From a virus, in IMG/VR virus record IMGVR_UViG_3300021963_007714, positions 32,001 through 96,000 of that record: a stretch of DNA of 64,000 nucleotides. One strand, written 5' to 3'. Made by a program: the position numbers and the translations under genes. This document shows positions 14,401-24,900 of the stretch, piece after piece. Under the pieces are notes generated by a model. That model saw only the letters and a list, made by a program, of their open reading frames with translations, made no database searches and was not told where the DNA came from. Every line of letters starts with the position of its first letter. Within the stretch, counting starts at the first letter, position 1.

Positions 14401-17400
14401 AGATCCAGCATTCCAATAACAGGAATAATTCAGTCTCGAAATAATTTTATTCCTAGTATATATGTACGTGACAATGAAATCTTAAGTTTTACAACTAGCA
14501 CAGCTAATATCAGTGACTTTGTATCGGTGTATACTTTTGATAGAGATATAATAACGGTAAGCAGCTTCAATGCTATAACGCTACAATTTACCTATCCAGG
14601 ATTTAGACAAATTACCGATAAAATCGCAGTGACTAATGTTAACAGCGGATACAGAACAATTCATACTGTATTAACCAGTAGTGAACGCACAGTGACATTT
14701 GCTTCAACCAGTAATTTCCCAAGTGTTTCTGAACTGTATATTGACTTTAATTGGATTAGTTCAACAGCTACAATTTCATACAATGACAGCATCAGCAGTA
14801 TTGCTCTATATCAGCCTAGTCTAATGAGCGAAGGGCAAGTTAGACCAAATGTTATCAACGGAGCCAATGTAAGAGAAGCCTACTTTAAGAGCCTGTTACA
14901 ACCATCAAGAGCTGGTCGCAGATCATTTGTTTATACTACAGAGATCACACCTATAACATATAATCCAAGAATCGAATCTCTACGTACTGTGAATCAACTT
15001 AGAGCCGATAATAGTTATGCCACTAGACAATTAACAGGGCTGTCAACTTCTACAAATATTACCTATCCAAACGCCTCTGTTCCAGTAACTGCTAGAAGTG
15101 GTTTGTTTAATTATAATATTGTGAGAGATTACATCTTTGACAATAATATTTTACCTAGAGAGTCTAGAACAATCAGTGCCATAACATTGTTCTTTGATAA
15201 GAACACTCAATTAGTTACTAACTTGGTAAAAATACAAAGTCCAAGTTTAGGTTATAGTTTTGAAATTACAGCTCTAAGCACAAGTCAAAATAGCATTACA
15301 ATACCAGCTATTCCTTTGCCAGATATATTAGATCTAGTTGTTTATTTTGGAGTTAGTGTGAGCACTAATACACCGATTTACCTAGATTATAATAGGGTAC
15401 CTAATGTAGGTAATCCTAGAGCATTGACCAATAAAAATCAAATACTGAGCCCTGTAGTTTCTAATATAGCGGATATCTCAAACCAGTTTAAAAATTTAAA
15501 CACTGTCACTACAACAAGTACATTGGTATTTCCTAACATAGGTATTCCTATCACTAACCAGGCAGCACAGTATACCAGTGATGTAGTCTCTTACTATATC
15601 TATGATAATGATCTATTACCTATTACGCAGTTAGCATCTACTTCAACAGTTACTCTGTTCTTTAACACCACCACCTACATTAATACTGACAATAAGATTA
15701 AGATTGTTAATCCAAACTGGGAATCATCGGTATACAACCTAACATCTGCCACAAGTTCGTATATAACTTTTGAAGCTGCGAATTTTGGTATTGTAAGTGA
15801 GGGAAGAATATTATTTGCCCAGACTTCTACAATAGACACTGCTGTATACTCTGAGATTAAGATAGCTACTCCTGTGGCTAAACTTTGGACCGGCATTGTT
15901 GTTAAGGATCCTAGCACTCCTAGAATTACTGTAAGACAAACCAGTCAAACTGTGTTTACACCAATAAGGATAAGTGGTGCTATTCCTGTTACCGGAATAA
16001 GATCTAGATCAAATAATTTCGTCAATACCTATATCTATGATACTGAATTCTTAACGTTTACAACATCAAATAATATCACCATAACCTTCGATGCTGTCAG
16101 TGCTGCTCAAGTCGGAAACAGTGTAATTATACATAATGGTCTAGGTTATGTCTCATCGTTCAGTCTCACATCTGCTACCACAAGATTAGCCACTTTTGTT
16201 AATCCAGGTAATTTCCCAGAAATCACCGGAATGTATTTTTATTACTATACCACACAATCTTCTGCTGTGACAATAGGCAATTACGATATAGTTAATAACA
16301 TTACAACAACCACAAGTCAATTAAGTTACTCAAATCAAAGTCCATTCTTTTATCATAGACTTGGTGTAAAGGGAATACCATTCCAGCGTAATCAACTGGC
16401 TACCCAAAATACTCCTGTGGCAAATTATGTCAAGCAGGGGCTAAAGGTTGTTGCGGACAGTTCATATCCTGCTAGATCATTGATTTCAGTTACAACTTCT
16501 TCGGACATAGTTTACATTGGTAATCCAATTTATATCACAGCTAGAAGCACAGAATATACTAATAATGTAGTGAGCCAATATATATTCGAAACAGATAGAT
16601 TTATAGGTAATAGAATTGTTACTGCTACTATTACACTCAGCTTCTACCCGACTGTTTATATAAATCCATTGAACAAGATTAGGCTGGTAAATCCTAATAA
16701 CGGGTATAGCCAAGATATCAACATCAGTAGTTCTACAAATAGAACGATTACCTTTACTCCGCCTTTGGGTGATTTTCCTGCGATCAGTGATTTATACTTC
16801 TTATTTGGACAGACATCAATTTCTTCCACACCGATATATACTGACAACAACAAGGTTACATTAATAGCAGCAATGGCCGCTGTAAGACCAAAATCTGTTA
16901 GAGCATTAATGACTTTACCTGAAGTTGTTGATATTGATAGAGTTTTTCAAACACTGACAACAGTTACTTCGACTAGTTCTTTGGTATTCCCAGGCAGTGG
17001 CACGCCGATATTAAATCAATATCCCACAAATACAACCACAGCAGTGACATGGTACTATAATGATGAGGATATCTTATATGTAACTCAAAATACCAGCAGC
17101 ACTATACGTTTGGCTTTCGAGTCTTCGACTTACATTAATCCTGTCAATAAGATTAAGATCGCACATGATGGATATGAATATCAAAGCATTATTTCTTTGA
17201 CTAGCGCCACTGATACCTACATTGAATTCGCTGACCCAGGTAATTTCCCAGTAGTAATTAATTCTAGAATTTACTTTGCTCAAAGCACCACACAAGATAT
17301 TGCTGTGTATGGACAGGGACGAAGTCCTGTGCGTATTGAAAAATATAGAGATATTAGTATTCTAAAAGAAATTAGATCGACTATAACTTTTAGAACTACA

Positions 17401-20400
17401 AGTACAGTTTATCAAACGCCTACAGGTGCAGTATATCCATTAGCCCTAACTGGTCAGACTGATCTAGTTAATGATAATGTGGTCAATTGGTACATCTATG
17501 ATTACGATACTATAACATTTACTCCAATCACTACAAGCACCATTACCTATAGCTTTGCTACAGGTACTAATTTAATACCGTTAATAAAAAATTCTACTAT
17601 CTACATTTTTAACGAAAATACAAAAATTGGGCAAACTGCGGCAATCGTTGGATTTACTACCAGTACCTTAACTGTAACAAGACCTGGATTACTACCTGAA
17701 ATAAGCGGTACTACTATATATCTAAACTTTACAAGTACTACAGCAGTCAGCACATATTCAGATGATGTACAGAAGATTGCAGGTATTGAAACAAGTGACA
17801 GCTATAAGACTATTTTTGAACCGAGAAATCAAAAGGAAGCTCTATATTGGTCCCTGTTAGCACCTGGAAAGTATGGTCAAACTTTTCCAGCACAGGGTAA
17901 GTCATTAACCGAATTAATCGATAGAAATAAAACTGCGGCATTTTTTAACAAGCTGGTATATAGACCTATAGAAGTTAAAATAACAGACATTAATAATAGT
18001 CTGTCTAGTCCAATTACTGTAACGTCAACTGCCCTTACTTTCTTAAATCCGGGCTATGAAATTGTTGCGCAACTTCCAACGAGCCAATCGATGGACATAG
18101 TAAATTGGTACATAAACGAAAATACTTTATTGCCTATAACAGCCATTACTACCACAAGTTATCAATTAAACTTCTATGGCAACGTTTATCAAAATCCTCT
18201 AAACAAAGTTAGGATTGTAAAAGGAAATTATACAAGTGCTGTATTGACTGTGACCAATTCTATACCAAATCAAATTACAGTTAATGCACCTCTAGGACTT
18301 CCACCAGTTTCTGGAGGGTTCATCTACTTCGCAGACAACATCAGTATTGACACTGCTAGCTACACTGATGTAAAACGTGTGCCTGTCACCGGTAACTTAC
18401 TTACCCAATCAAGTATCGTAACTAATTTAGCACCTATAACACCTCAGCAACATTTATTTTGGAGCCTATTAAGTCCTAGTAGTTATGGTAGAAGTGAAAT
18501 CATAATTGGCAAGCAGACTGCTCCTATTGTTGGCGCTAGAGATATTAATCCTACTGTACAATCTGCTGTATATGGTACAAGCACGGTTATCTATATCACT
18601 AATCCAGTATCAGTTAATGGCAGATCAAATGAATTTACCAATAATGTTGTGAACGATTATATCTATGATAATGATATCAGTATCTTCGTTCCGATAACTA
18701 CCAGCACAGTGACATTATTCTACGATAATGATCAGGCCATAACTAGTAATTACATTAGGTTGGTGAAAAATTTCACAGGATATACACAAGATTTTAATGC
18801 TATAACAGTCACTAATTCACAAACTACCTTCGTAACAACAAGTAGTTTGCCTGCTATAAGTGAAATGCAAATTTACTTTGGCTATCCAACAATTACCGAT
18901 GTTATTACTTACAATGATACCGGAAGAGTGGAGAATATAGCCGCTATTTCTAGTATACCAAAACTTCAGCTCATTACATTGGGTATAAAAGGTTATAACG
19001 GTATTACACTAAATCCGTTAGATAAGGTGTTAAGAGAAAGTGATCCTTTCTATAAAATTAAAACTTTAACCTCTGTTTCATCTACTTCCACTATTGTATA
19101 TCCTAATCAAGGTTATGAACCTATCGCTGTAACAGATTCTATCAGTGATAATTTTGTAACTGTATATACCTACGATCAAGAAGTATTGTTACAGACCTAT
19201 ACCACAAGTTCGTTTATTACCTATGACTTTTATGCCACAGGATACTATATAAATCCAAATAACACTGTAAGAATAGTCAATAGCAATAATGGATTTGACA
19301 GAATTTACAGTATTGTATCTGCTACTAATTATTCTATCACAGTTTCTAATACCGGTGATCTTCCAGATGTTTCAGGAACAAGATTGTTCTTTGGCATTAA
19401 TACAACTATTGATACAGATAATTATTCATATAGTGTACAGAACTTCGATAATCTAATTGGTAATTTAACTCAAGCGTCACAAAGACTTGGAGAGGCTGTT
19501 TCTGGAATAAAATTATCTAGCTTTAGTTTACAAAATTATGATAACCCGGGATTCATATTAGATCCTTATTATGGAATTGTATCAGACTCAACCTATCAAA
19601 ATAATTCTTTAGAATATATTACCTATGATAAAGATGTTTTTGTTACAGGGATATTAAGTCGTGGAGTAACAACTACACTCTATATCAATAATCCATATAA
19701 TAAGATCTATGATCCAAAATTATTGTTTTATCCAACAAACTATGCCAAGTTAACCTTAGGTACCTTTACTAGTGTGGTTTACCTGTTGGCAACTGATTAT
19801 TATACAGTGACATTTAATACTGTAGCAGGTATGCCAGTAGAAGTTAATGGTATGACAATTGTAAATGTCAGCTATGCTTACTATCCACAAAGTGAAGCTA
19901 ATAAGATTGTATTGACCAATGGTATTTTATTCCAGCCTACTACTCCTAAGCAGGCACTAGCCAGCAGTTTGTACAATCCATTAAGGGGTATTGATTATAA
20001 CATTGATCGGGTTCTTCATCAACCTACTACAATACTGAAATACGATCCTAAACTCAGTACTTTCTATAGTAGTAGAATACCTGGAGATTTCAGTCATGTA
20101 TTGCTAGATCAAACATCAAATACTAGGGAAATATATGACATTCCTACCTGGTATGAATATGATCGTGACCTACTAACATATTCTACAGGTTCTGTATCTA
20201 CTAAGAAGCTAAGTTTCAATACTATTGTAGGTGTACCATTTCCTGCTGGTAGATCTATAAGAATTCGTAATGACAGCATTAATCTAAATTACATTACTAC
20301 AGTTACAGAAGCTGCAGTTGGATATGTTATTATAAATCAACCTACTGTGACCTTCCCAACAGCTGGTACTTTTGTAGAATTGGTTGAATCTGTGCTTTAT

Positions 20401-21672
20401 CCACAGAGTATGGTTGTAACCACTGTGTCTCCCCAATCCGCCAAAGAAAATCTGTATTACTTTGACAGAAGTCCAGGTTTAAGGGCTACTAAAGGACCAC
20501 CAGTTGCTAGTCTACAGACTTTATTAGATAGCGGCTCTGGAATAAGAAAAGACAGTACCATCATAAAGGGTGACGTTTTACGTTTTGATGTAGGAAAAAT
20601 CCTACAACCTATCAAAATCATCGCAGTAGATAATAGAGTTTCGGTGGCAAGTACTAAGATTAAATTGACTGCACGTAGTGTTCAAGATGATCGTAGAATA
20701 GTTGGCAAGCTAAGAAGTGCTATCACAGTAAGAGCTGATAGTTCAACCATTGTCTATGGTAAGTTGGCCGAAAGACGTATAGTACCTAACCTAGTGTCTG
20801 TGAGAGATAACCTGTCAGTGTCTAAACTTACCAACTATGAAAACATAGGTGAAGTTACTGGACCATATATCACTATAACTTCACATACAGATCTAGGAAG
20901 AACAGTTACAGGATATAGTCAAGAGTGGGCAGATAACTTTACCACAGTATATGCCTTTGACCAAGACATAATTACTCAAACCTATGTTAGAACTGACACT
21001 GTTCAAATATTTTATAATGCTGGTAATGATATAACACCCCTATTCCCTACAGGGTCAGAGTTTTACCTACAAGACCTTAACACCGGATATCAACGACAAT
21101 TTATAGCTTTAGAAGGCAATATTGGAAACGTAGTGATTAATAATCCAGGGTTCTTACCTGGTATCAGCAACATGCAGATAGTTTCAACTGCCTCTAGTTA
21201 TCCAATAACATTGACATTTGGTCAACAGGTACTACAGCCTTATTATGTGGGTAGTTATATCAGTGTAATTAATAGCATTGGCCAAAGTGTGAAAGTGGTT
21301 TTAACCGCAGCGACTAGAAGTAGTGTAACCTATGTTAAAAATTATTCTTACAGAGACTTTAGGTTTGCGCCAGGCAGTGTTAGTCTAGCCAGCTTGAGCG
21401 TACCAGTATACCCAAGTGCTACAGTTAGACCGACAAGCAAACCTACAAATATCAGAGAAAACTTATTCTTTGTAAGCCTGGCACCAAATTACGAGCACAG
21501 AGCAGAATTAGAATTTACCTACAGCAATTTGGTTGATGATGTCAGCGTGCTGTCCTATGATAGTGCTACCGGAATCATTAATAAATATATGGTTGGTGAT
21601 ACTGCTAAGGGCCAAACTGGAGTTACAGATCCTAGCGCCAGAAGAGTAGAACCCATACAGTTCTGGAGCTAA
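5494..21672 (+). CDS. Giant (5392 aa) repeat protein, probable virion structural/fibre protein
   Basis: Single 16.2-kb ORF; about 28 degenerate modules marked by (D/N)xVxxY(I/T)(Y/N/F)DxDxxxxT...NxIRI...LTSATNT...NPGxFPxIS; TAAATA at 5481. Confidence 0.8.
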   Translation: MPILVFPPPGSPGSQALTATFVVVVPEAGTPKQVLQSISTSTVTVFIQEGIPVTSQPAYYSADVVNWYINDNTLLPLTPVSQSTITLTYRSTPIYNPLNKIKIRSSSYEFPIIVTPTTVTSTSLSFTNPIELNLPVISDARIYFGENTTVETPRYSGDSVPTYELKYTGRKFPKIPVLEIPERGYQLTTVTNTTATLGPTVGVPIVNQTYFDSSNYVNYYLYDSDIFTVTHSVPPTITVNFVYDQRIKITNLIRVANQEYTYPRVLTLTSSTNSSITFNNPGDFGVWSQGYIYFQEINSIQIASYTATNNTVLLGNFDLVARRKVRIGVELAELPNLPNAEVVQKNDQLRAIGYQFGKPGPSFQNITTSSIVIFPNPGYSALTQSAYYSSDIVRNYIYDEDLFPLTASTESTVVLTFNPVEYINLVNKVRISGSSYTYPTILNLTSATNTSVSFVNPGDFPIISEPVIYFGQDSITENVRYSSDLVSEFSSALVSNPVFRIVQPLFELRPRAAILVTVTNYTSTMFSSIGIPILNQTAYYTSNVVDYYINDNDLLPLTAISTASITISFFNSIYTNQLNRVRIANETYEYPRVINLTTSNSTSITFNNPGDFGIISEGKIYFQESVTQVNSVYSESPYQFNIAYPTLDVKRHVRIGEQFVDTTLRVGSQELSTVTSSATIVYPGPAIPIPYLESKYLADVVNYYINDNDLLPLTNLTTASIRLNFAYTTFQNPINKIRIFGPEYNYPRLITITSATNTYVEFANPGDLPVISDPKFQFAENSQIDTAIYISRDFANFTYLPYRKVKLGNEIKASSTSTITSGAVARYKFSLPLTTQFSNQLPPNIGAINVWTALDHDLPFFNTPLVYNIAQTIYTTGFPAPGFYTYTSVQRGDVARGLAPITIPGDIASYTNNYLVFLGRAPLREPAAGLVKIGQGALTRRIVEPIRFTRPNIYITVTSATSFARSVNLQDIPAKYTSDYVSYYLYDNDIFTITNLSTVTSYVLPFIDSNVNLDLYTPDSTIQLANRDSGYIYPSPITFTSYDTTSVSITLASELPIISGPRLLFIQPSSVDILLTQSTASFITAQGSVGSLYTQSLVSSILPPVSPRERLFYSRLAPGYGLRGIPIAESTRSQIYPIATVTTPRVGEHVVIGDPFASVEPTLGLGNFTLKPRRSLVVGDGIAIAGNIFQPNRIEYSRFPGVSPGVDFGVYIRTLSTVTSSAAIVYPGPIIRVPYLDSNYTSDVVNWYINEETLLPLTAVSTSTIRLTFQNTSYVNPLNKIRVFNSNYTYPNSITPGLINLTSATNNYIEFANPGNFPVISEPRFQFAEISSVDVALFSTSATIVRPIASILTSTLVTATVFMSSLGAVDLITRRVKTNNFISTDITISSGATTLDYRRKNLLGSNIADVLSTATQLTAGTLTTRRSLRIGAILQDTQISTPVIAKFDFIVARARRIYSQWEGFYSSATQTITQITTTATIRYPNVGIPIISQQAKYSSDAVSWYIYDNNTLPINQITTSSITYFFDPFAYINPDNVFKAVNERTGVTHAPLYVTTSTAGSVTFANTSIPVVSDLKIYFGSSSTQDIVTYSSPIFLPRTESYADQFTAVNRASVPSALRNYYMHKIAPGYNSVQAVSFTHLTVGGRPPSQLDNYIGTDVITNESVNLGALPSNRYDVVNQYIYDTNVPQRTTGYDSNITLNFDNNNVPGVTPLRFKLGQTVRFTQSESTYTGTATITISNLQGVTFSTPSGFPVLGGIVVTNITTASYSVDWAFRDLSDKVTFRNNTRVLENLAQVGRKPNLRGISIFLERGITHQHTLHKTTSDGLDFYRDSRLEGDYPVQTTGRSAAEPILIPTPDLRNPYNIINSYIFDDNIITNNARADRIQYNAVQNYIYDNEIFTRSVISAFTGTNLVTYDFDRRDFNTFPAGSMIRLKYGLNQITTATVVSSTVYGVTIQDIKQFPGANNLTISRYPATLANQFTDNFTIDNKGYAIYNYLLARMAPGIRKGYTSNIFYASETSRLGPLPKLSSSIVVKPDSWYASRTVTSVQTSSTIVYPNGRIEITGRSQEYTNNTVNQYIFDRDIFVGSYILFNSTYLLDSNQYATPNADRIQYNSVNIYTYDLELYSRTNIFLDRSVITLYFNKNTIVINPNNIVRVSNQITGYSNTFTIFNVTSRSVDLLNPNPYSTFPSISNLFLEFGVVTTSDSASFSNYNRIPILTQSNLPVRSPSVRRIETSATTMVMSLPTYRDRLTTAAKVIAPTQISTQVAKSSIKISIGSTVVSQNFNRTLTGITTSTSIVYHSSRVAQVTAIGNKFTNNIVSLYTFERDIIVTQTIISPTIDVYYQNIVPTLNYDKVKIERADTGYSFESNIISFHAGVSGLPPYIKLPVSIGFPEVSATPIFLSFGIAIQNNTPIYTDSNQIGYVPLQRYIRQKNQILTPVVQAIDVPMDLRKTWTGSTASSVISYSGNYGLLPAPASYTSDYVSTYINDSDIFVITPLASTSTVVLNFQTHLDIVTNLNENNVIRLSNGTNEWQAILTPTNVSTTAITFTYVNFPVISEPQVSFQRTSSIATATYTMSRSGIYVESLSKQTVQVKAVERRPEYAVTRQGIKLIGEISYPVRTLSTVTSTATISYPGPGIEIIARNNFDVYNIVSEYTFDSNIIRSTSVLDTVQYNTVNLYTFDRDIWIRSVIRENITLFYTLNGPNPSNIIKLYKTNTGYEATPTVLAFTNYEDGKKSVTIAYEPNFPSISNMFIQFGFNSISSTPIYLDNNRIPLVTGPRFLTKNYRILSFVPEVKEVYNQKQTLTTVTTTATQVFPNYGIHTSHIPATYTSDYVTYYTYDNDLFPLTTISQPGNITLFFTPTDYINNTNQIRLGNKEYTYPSVINLTSATNTSVSFNIVGSFPIISDPTIFFAENSYIDTAIYTVSSRPITYDIIKPQGIKLQDPSRPIITKSTLTTFVTPVTQRSSIPITGIIQSRNNFIPSIYVRDNEILSFTTSTANISDFVSVYTFDRDIITVSSFNAITLQFTYPGFRQITDKIAVTNVNSGYRTIHTVLTSSERTVTFASTSNFPSVSELYIDFNWISSTATISYNDSISSIALYQPSLMSEGQVRPNVINGANVREAYFKSLLQPSRAGRRSFVYTTEITPITYNPRIESLRTVNQLRADNSYATRQLTGLSTSTNITYPNASVPVTARSGLFNYNIVRDYIFDNNILPRESRTISAITLFFDKNTQLVTNLVKIQSPSLGYSFEITALSTSQNSITIPAIPLPDILDLVVYFGVSVSTNTPIYLDYNRVPNVGNPRALTNKNQILSPVVSNIADISNQFKNLNTVTTTSTLVFPNIGIPITNQAAQYTSDVVSYYIYDNDLLPITQLASTSTVTLFFNTTTYINTDNKIKIVNPNWESSVYNLTSATSSYITFEAANFGIVSEGRILFAQTSTIDTAVYSEIKIATPVAKLWTGIVVKDPSTPRITVRQTSQTVFTPIRISGAIPVTGIRSRSNNFVNTYIYDTEFLTFTTSNNITITFDAVSAAQVGNSVIIHNGLGYVSSFSLTSATTRLATFVNPGNFPEITGMYFYYYTTQSSAVTIGNYDIVNNITTTTSQLSYSNQSPFFYHRLGVKGIPFQRNQLATQNTPVANYVKQGLKVVADSSYPARSLISVTTSSDIVYIGNPIYITARSTEYTNNVVSQYIFETDRFIGNRIVTATITLSFYPTVYINPLNKIRLVNPNNGYSQDINISSSTNRTITFTPPLGDFPAISDLYFLFGQTSISSTPIYTDNNKVTLIAAMAAVRPKSVRALMTLPEVVDIDRVFQTLTTVTSTSSLVFPGSGTPILNQYPTNTTTAVTWYYNDEDILYVTQNTSSTIRLAFESSTYINPVNKIKIAHDGYEYQSIISLTSATDTYIEFADPGNFPVVINSRIYFAQSTTQDIAVYGQGRSPVRIEKYRDISILKEIRSTITFRTTSTVYQTPTGAVYPLALTGQTDLVNDNVVNWYIYDYDTITFTPITTSTITYSFATGTNLIPLIKNSTIYIFNENTKIGQTAAIVGFTTSTLTVTRPGLLPEISGTTIYLNFTSTTAVSTYSDDVQKIAGIETSDSYKTIFEPRNQKEALYWSLLAPGKYGQTFPAQGKSLTELIDRNKTAAFFNKLVYRPIEVKITDINNSLSSPITVTSTALTFLNPGYEIVAQLPTSQSMDIVNWYINENTLLPITAITTTSYQLNFYGNVYQNPLNKVRIVKGNYTSAVLTVTNSIPNQITVNAPLGLPPVSGGFIYFADNISIDTASYTDVKRVPVTGNLLTQSSIVTNLAPITPQQHLFWSLLSPSSYGRSEIIIGKQTAPIVGARDINPTVQSAVYGTSTVIYITNPVSVNGRSNEFTNNVVNDYIYDNDISIFVPITTSTVTLFYDNDQAITSNYIRLVKNFTGYTQDFNAITVTNSQTTFVTTSSLPAISEMQIYFGYPTITDVITYNDTGRVENIAAISSIPKLQLITLGIKGYNGITLNPLDKVLRESDPFYKIKTLTSVSSTSTIVYPNQGYEPIAVTDSISDNFVTVYTYDQEVLLQTYTTSSFITYDFYATGYYINPNNTVRIVNSNNGFDRIYSIVSATNYSITVSNTGDLPDVSGTRLFFGINTTIDTDNYSYSVQNFDNLIGNLTQASQRLGEAVSGIKLSSFSLQNYDNPGFILDPYYGIVSDSTYQNNSLEYITYDKDVFVTGILSRGVTTTLYINNPYNKIYDPKLLFYPTNYAKLTLGTFTSVVYLLATDYYTVTFNTVAGMPVEVNGMTIVNVSYAYYPQSEANKIVLTNGILFQPTTPKQALASSLYNPLRGIDYNIDRVLHQPTTILKYDPKLSTFYSSRIPGDFSHVLLDQTSNTREIYDIPTWYEYDRDLLTYSTGSVSTKKLSFNTIVGVPFPAGRSIRIRNDSINLNYITTVTEAAVGYVIINQPTVTFPTAGTFVELVESVLYPQSMVVTTVSPQSAKENLYYFDRSPGLRATKGPPVASLQTLLDSGSGIRKDSTIIKGDVLRFDVGKILQPIKIIAVDNRVSVASTKIKLTARSVQDDRRIVGKLRSAITVRADSSTIVYGKLAERRIVPNLVSVRDNLSVSKLTNYENIGEVTGPYITITSHTDLGRTVTGYSQEWADNFTTVYAFDQDIITQTYVRTDTVQIFYNAGNDITPLFPTGSEFYLQDLNTGYQRQFIALEGNIGNVVINNPGFLPGISNMQIVSTASSYPITLTFGQQVLQPYYVGSYISVINSIGQSVKVVLTAATRSSVTYVKNYSYRDFRFAPGSVSLASLSVPVYPSATVRPTSKPTNIRENLFFVSLAPNYEHRAELEFTYSNLVDDVSVLSYDSATGIINKYMVGDTAKGQTGVTDPSARRVEPIQFWS

Positions 21673-21709
21673 ATAGACAGAAATGCTAAATAAATGAAAG
21701 GATCTAAGC

Positions 21710-21958
21710 ATGTTTGAAGAATTAGACAAAATGTTTCCTGGACATGGACATTTTTATGAAGTAGCAGGATTTACCGTAAATGAGGCACTAGAAAGATGTG
21801 CTAGACTTACTGTAGACGGCGACGATTATGTTACTCAGGTGAACGGAAAAATTATTTTTGTGAGTAAAACAAAATTAGATGTTAATGGAATTCCATGGCT
21901 TAATCCTGTAGCAGGGACTCCTGTAGATGTTGACGCAAGCCCAGTCAACCCAGAATAA
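21710..21958 (+). CDS. Hypothetical protein
   Basis: 82-aa ORF with AAGGA RBS and TAAATA at 21687. Confidence 0.7.
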   Translation: MFEELDKMFPGHGHFYEVAGFTVNEALERCARLTVDGDDYVTQVNGKIIFVSKTKLDVNGIPWLNPVAGTPVDVDASPVNPE

Positions 21959-21975
21959 TGAGGAATAATTAAAAA

Positions 21976-24900
21976 ATGGCCAAGCATATAATTCAAGAAA
22001 GTTATACATTTACACCAGGATCAAATACAATTGTATTACAAAATAGATTCCTGCGTCGTGAACAACTGGTTTTGATTACTAATGTTACAACTAACACGGT
22101 AATCTATAACTTCGCAGATTCGGCACTAAGAGCAACAACATTTACAACTAGTATTGTTGCCAACGTCGAAACAACTACAATCGTTCTCAACTATAACACA
22201 AGCTCAATGAGCAGCACAGACAAGCTGGCCATTTTGGTAGAAGAAACCAATGAAACATTTATGCCAGCTGAAGTGTACATTGATCCTGTTCAGAAATTAC
22301 GTGTTTCAACACCACAGAGTTTGATTGATACTGACTTCGAATATGGAGTGCAGCCAACCAAGTGGGAAACATTGAATCTAATGAATAATAGACCAAGTGG
22401 TTTTTATGACCCTACAGCACCTGTTACTATCACTTCTGTTTCAGGTAACGGTACAAGAGTAGTTACAGTGCTACTAGCAAACACTACTGGTATTATCGCG
22501 GGTAACCCAATTTATATTCAAGATACAATTGATCCTAATGCTAATGGTTACTTTATCATTGCGTCAGTTAGTACTAACGTTAACTTTACATATAACGCAG
22601 GAGCAAACGTAACCAACGGTATTATTTTCGATCAAACTAAAACATATGTATTCAATGCGATTCCATATACTGGCGCAGGGGTGGCTGTAACAACCACAGG
22701 TGGTGGTTCCTTTGTCAGATCAGCATTGAACGAAGTTACTGTAACAACTAAAGATAATCATGGATTGTCTGTAGGTGATGCGATCTTTGTCTGTAACACA
22801 ACAGCTTCTAGTAATCCACCAAATGGTGCTTGGTTTGTTCGTCGTACACCTACAACTAACACATTTATCTATGACACTATTGCAGATCCAACAGGTACTA
22901 TTACAGCCCAAGCCTCTGGTAGTGGTTTGACTGTTAATACCACAGTAGATGCTTCAGGTCGTATTATTGCTGTGGCAGTGAACGCTGCTGGTACACTATA
23001 TGCAGTGGGTGACATTGCTACAATTTCCGGTGGTGGCGGTAATGCTCGTGTTAAAGTTACAGCTATTATTCCATCAGCTACTGGTTCTTTAGTTGGTGCG
23101 GTGAACGGTGTACAGGTTAACCAACCTGGTACAGGTTATTCAGGTGCTTCAGGTGTAGCTACTACACTAAACTTCAGTGGTGGTACACTCTATGTTCGTC
23201 CATGGGGTAGTGCTATTCATAGACCATTTGACGGTGGTGTGTATTTTACTGCTGGTGTTCCTTATCACGGCAATCAGTTAATTCGTCAAACACGTCGTTA
23301 TTTCCGTTATCAATCTGGTAAAGGCATTCAGTTCTCAACTGGATCTAATATGACTTCACCGTTTATTGTTGATAACGTAACATCGTCAGGTTCTACTGTT
23401 ACTGTAACAACCAAGTTTCCACATAATTTATTTACAGGTGCTAACATTCGTGTTAGTGGCTGTAATGAATCAGCATATAACGGAACATTCAATGTTACAT
23501 TTTTAACTGCTACAACATTTAGCTACACTGCCTTATCAACACCAAGTGCTAGTCCTGCCACAGGTAGTCCGACTGTACAGCCTAATACATGGTTTGGATC
23601 ATTCATTCGTCTAGGTATGTTTGATAACCAGAATGGATTTTTCTTTGAATACGATGGTCAAGCACTATTTGCCTGCCGCCGTTCAAGTACAAATCAACTT
23701 TCTGGTTATGTAAGTGCTTTAGGTACAGGTGAACAGTCAGTAACTGGTGTTAACAGTAAATGGTCAAGTCAGTTGAGTCCTGGTGATTTTATTGTAGTAC
23801 GTGGTATGAGCTATACTGTAGTCAGTATTGAAAGTGATACAGCGATGACAATTTACCCAGATTACCGTGGTACTGCTATTGTTCCTCCGACGCAGTTAAT
23901 TATCAGTAGAACTGATACTCTACGTATGCAACAAAACACATGGAATATTGATAAGATGGATGGAACTGGAGAATCTGGTTTCAATATTGATATCAATAAG
24001 ATGCAGATGTGGTATATTGACTATACATGGTACGGTGCTGGTGCTATTCGTTGGGGATTTAGAACACAACGCGGTACAGTAGCATACGCACATAGGCTAG
24101 CACACGGTAATAACATGACAGAGGCTTACATGCGTACTGGTAACTTACCAGCTCGTTATGAAGTTTCAACAATTGCGCCCGTAACAAAATTAGCAGCCAC
24201 GTTAAGTAACTCAGAAACAGGCACAATCACAGTAGCAAGCACAACAGGTTTCCCAAATAGTGGAACATTGATCATCAACGCCAGTGGTAATACAGGCGCT
24301 GCTATCGAATATATTAGTTATACTGGAAAAACAGCTACAACATTTACTACATTGACCAGAGCATTAACAAACCTTACAGGTCCTCAAGGCCTAGCAAGTG
24401 GAGGTGGTGCTACTACAGCACAGACATTTACATTTAGTGCTACAGCACCTCACTCAGTGAGTTATTTTAGTCCACAATGTAGTAATACAATCAGTCACTG
24501 GGGTAGTTCTGTGATGATGGATGGTAGGTTTGATGATGATAAATCTATCGTGTTTATCGCAGGTATGACCACAGCCTACTCAAACATTGGCGCAAGTGTA
24601 CTCGTTCCATTATTGAGCATACGTATTAGCCCAAGTGTAGACAGTGGTTTAACTGGTGTTATTGGTGCTAGAGAACTTGTCAATAGGATGCAATTGGTTT
24701 TACGTTCAGCTGGTATCCAAACTTCTGGTACAAACTTTCTAATTACAGGACGTTTAAATGCTAGGATTACTGGTGGTACTGCTACTAGTTTTACTAGCGC
24801 TGGTGGTTCAAGCCTAGCTCAAGTGAATTACCACGCAAGTAACAATTCCGTGTCAGGTGGTGAGATTTGCTTTGGTGCTTTCACAGCACCTGGTGTTAAC

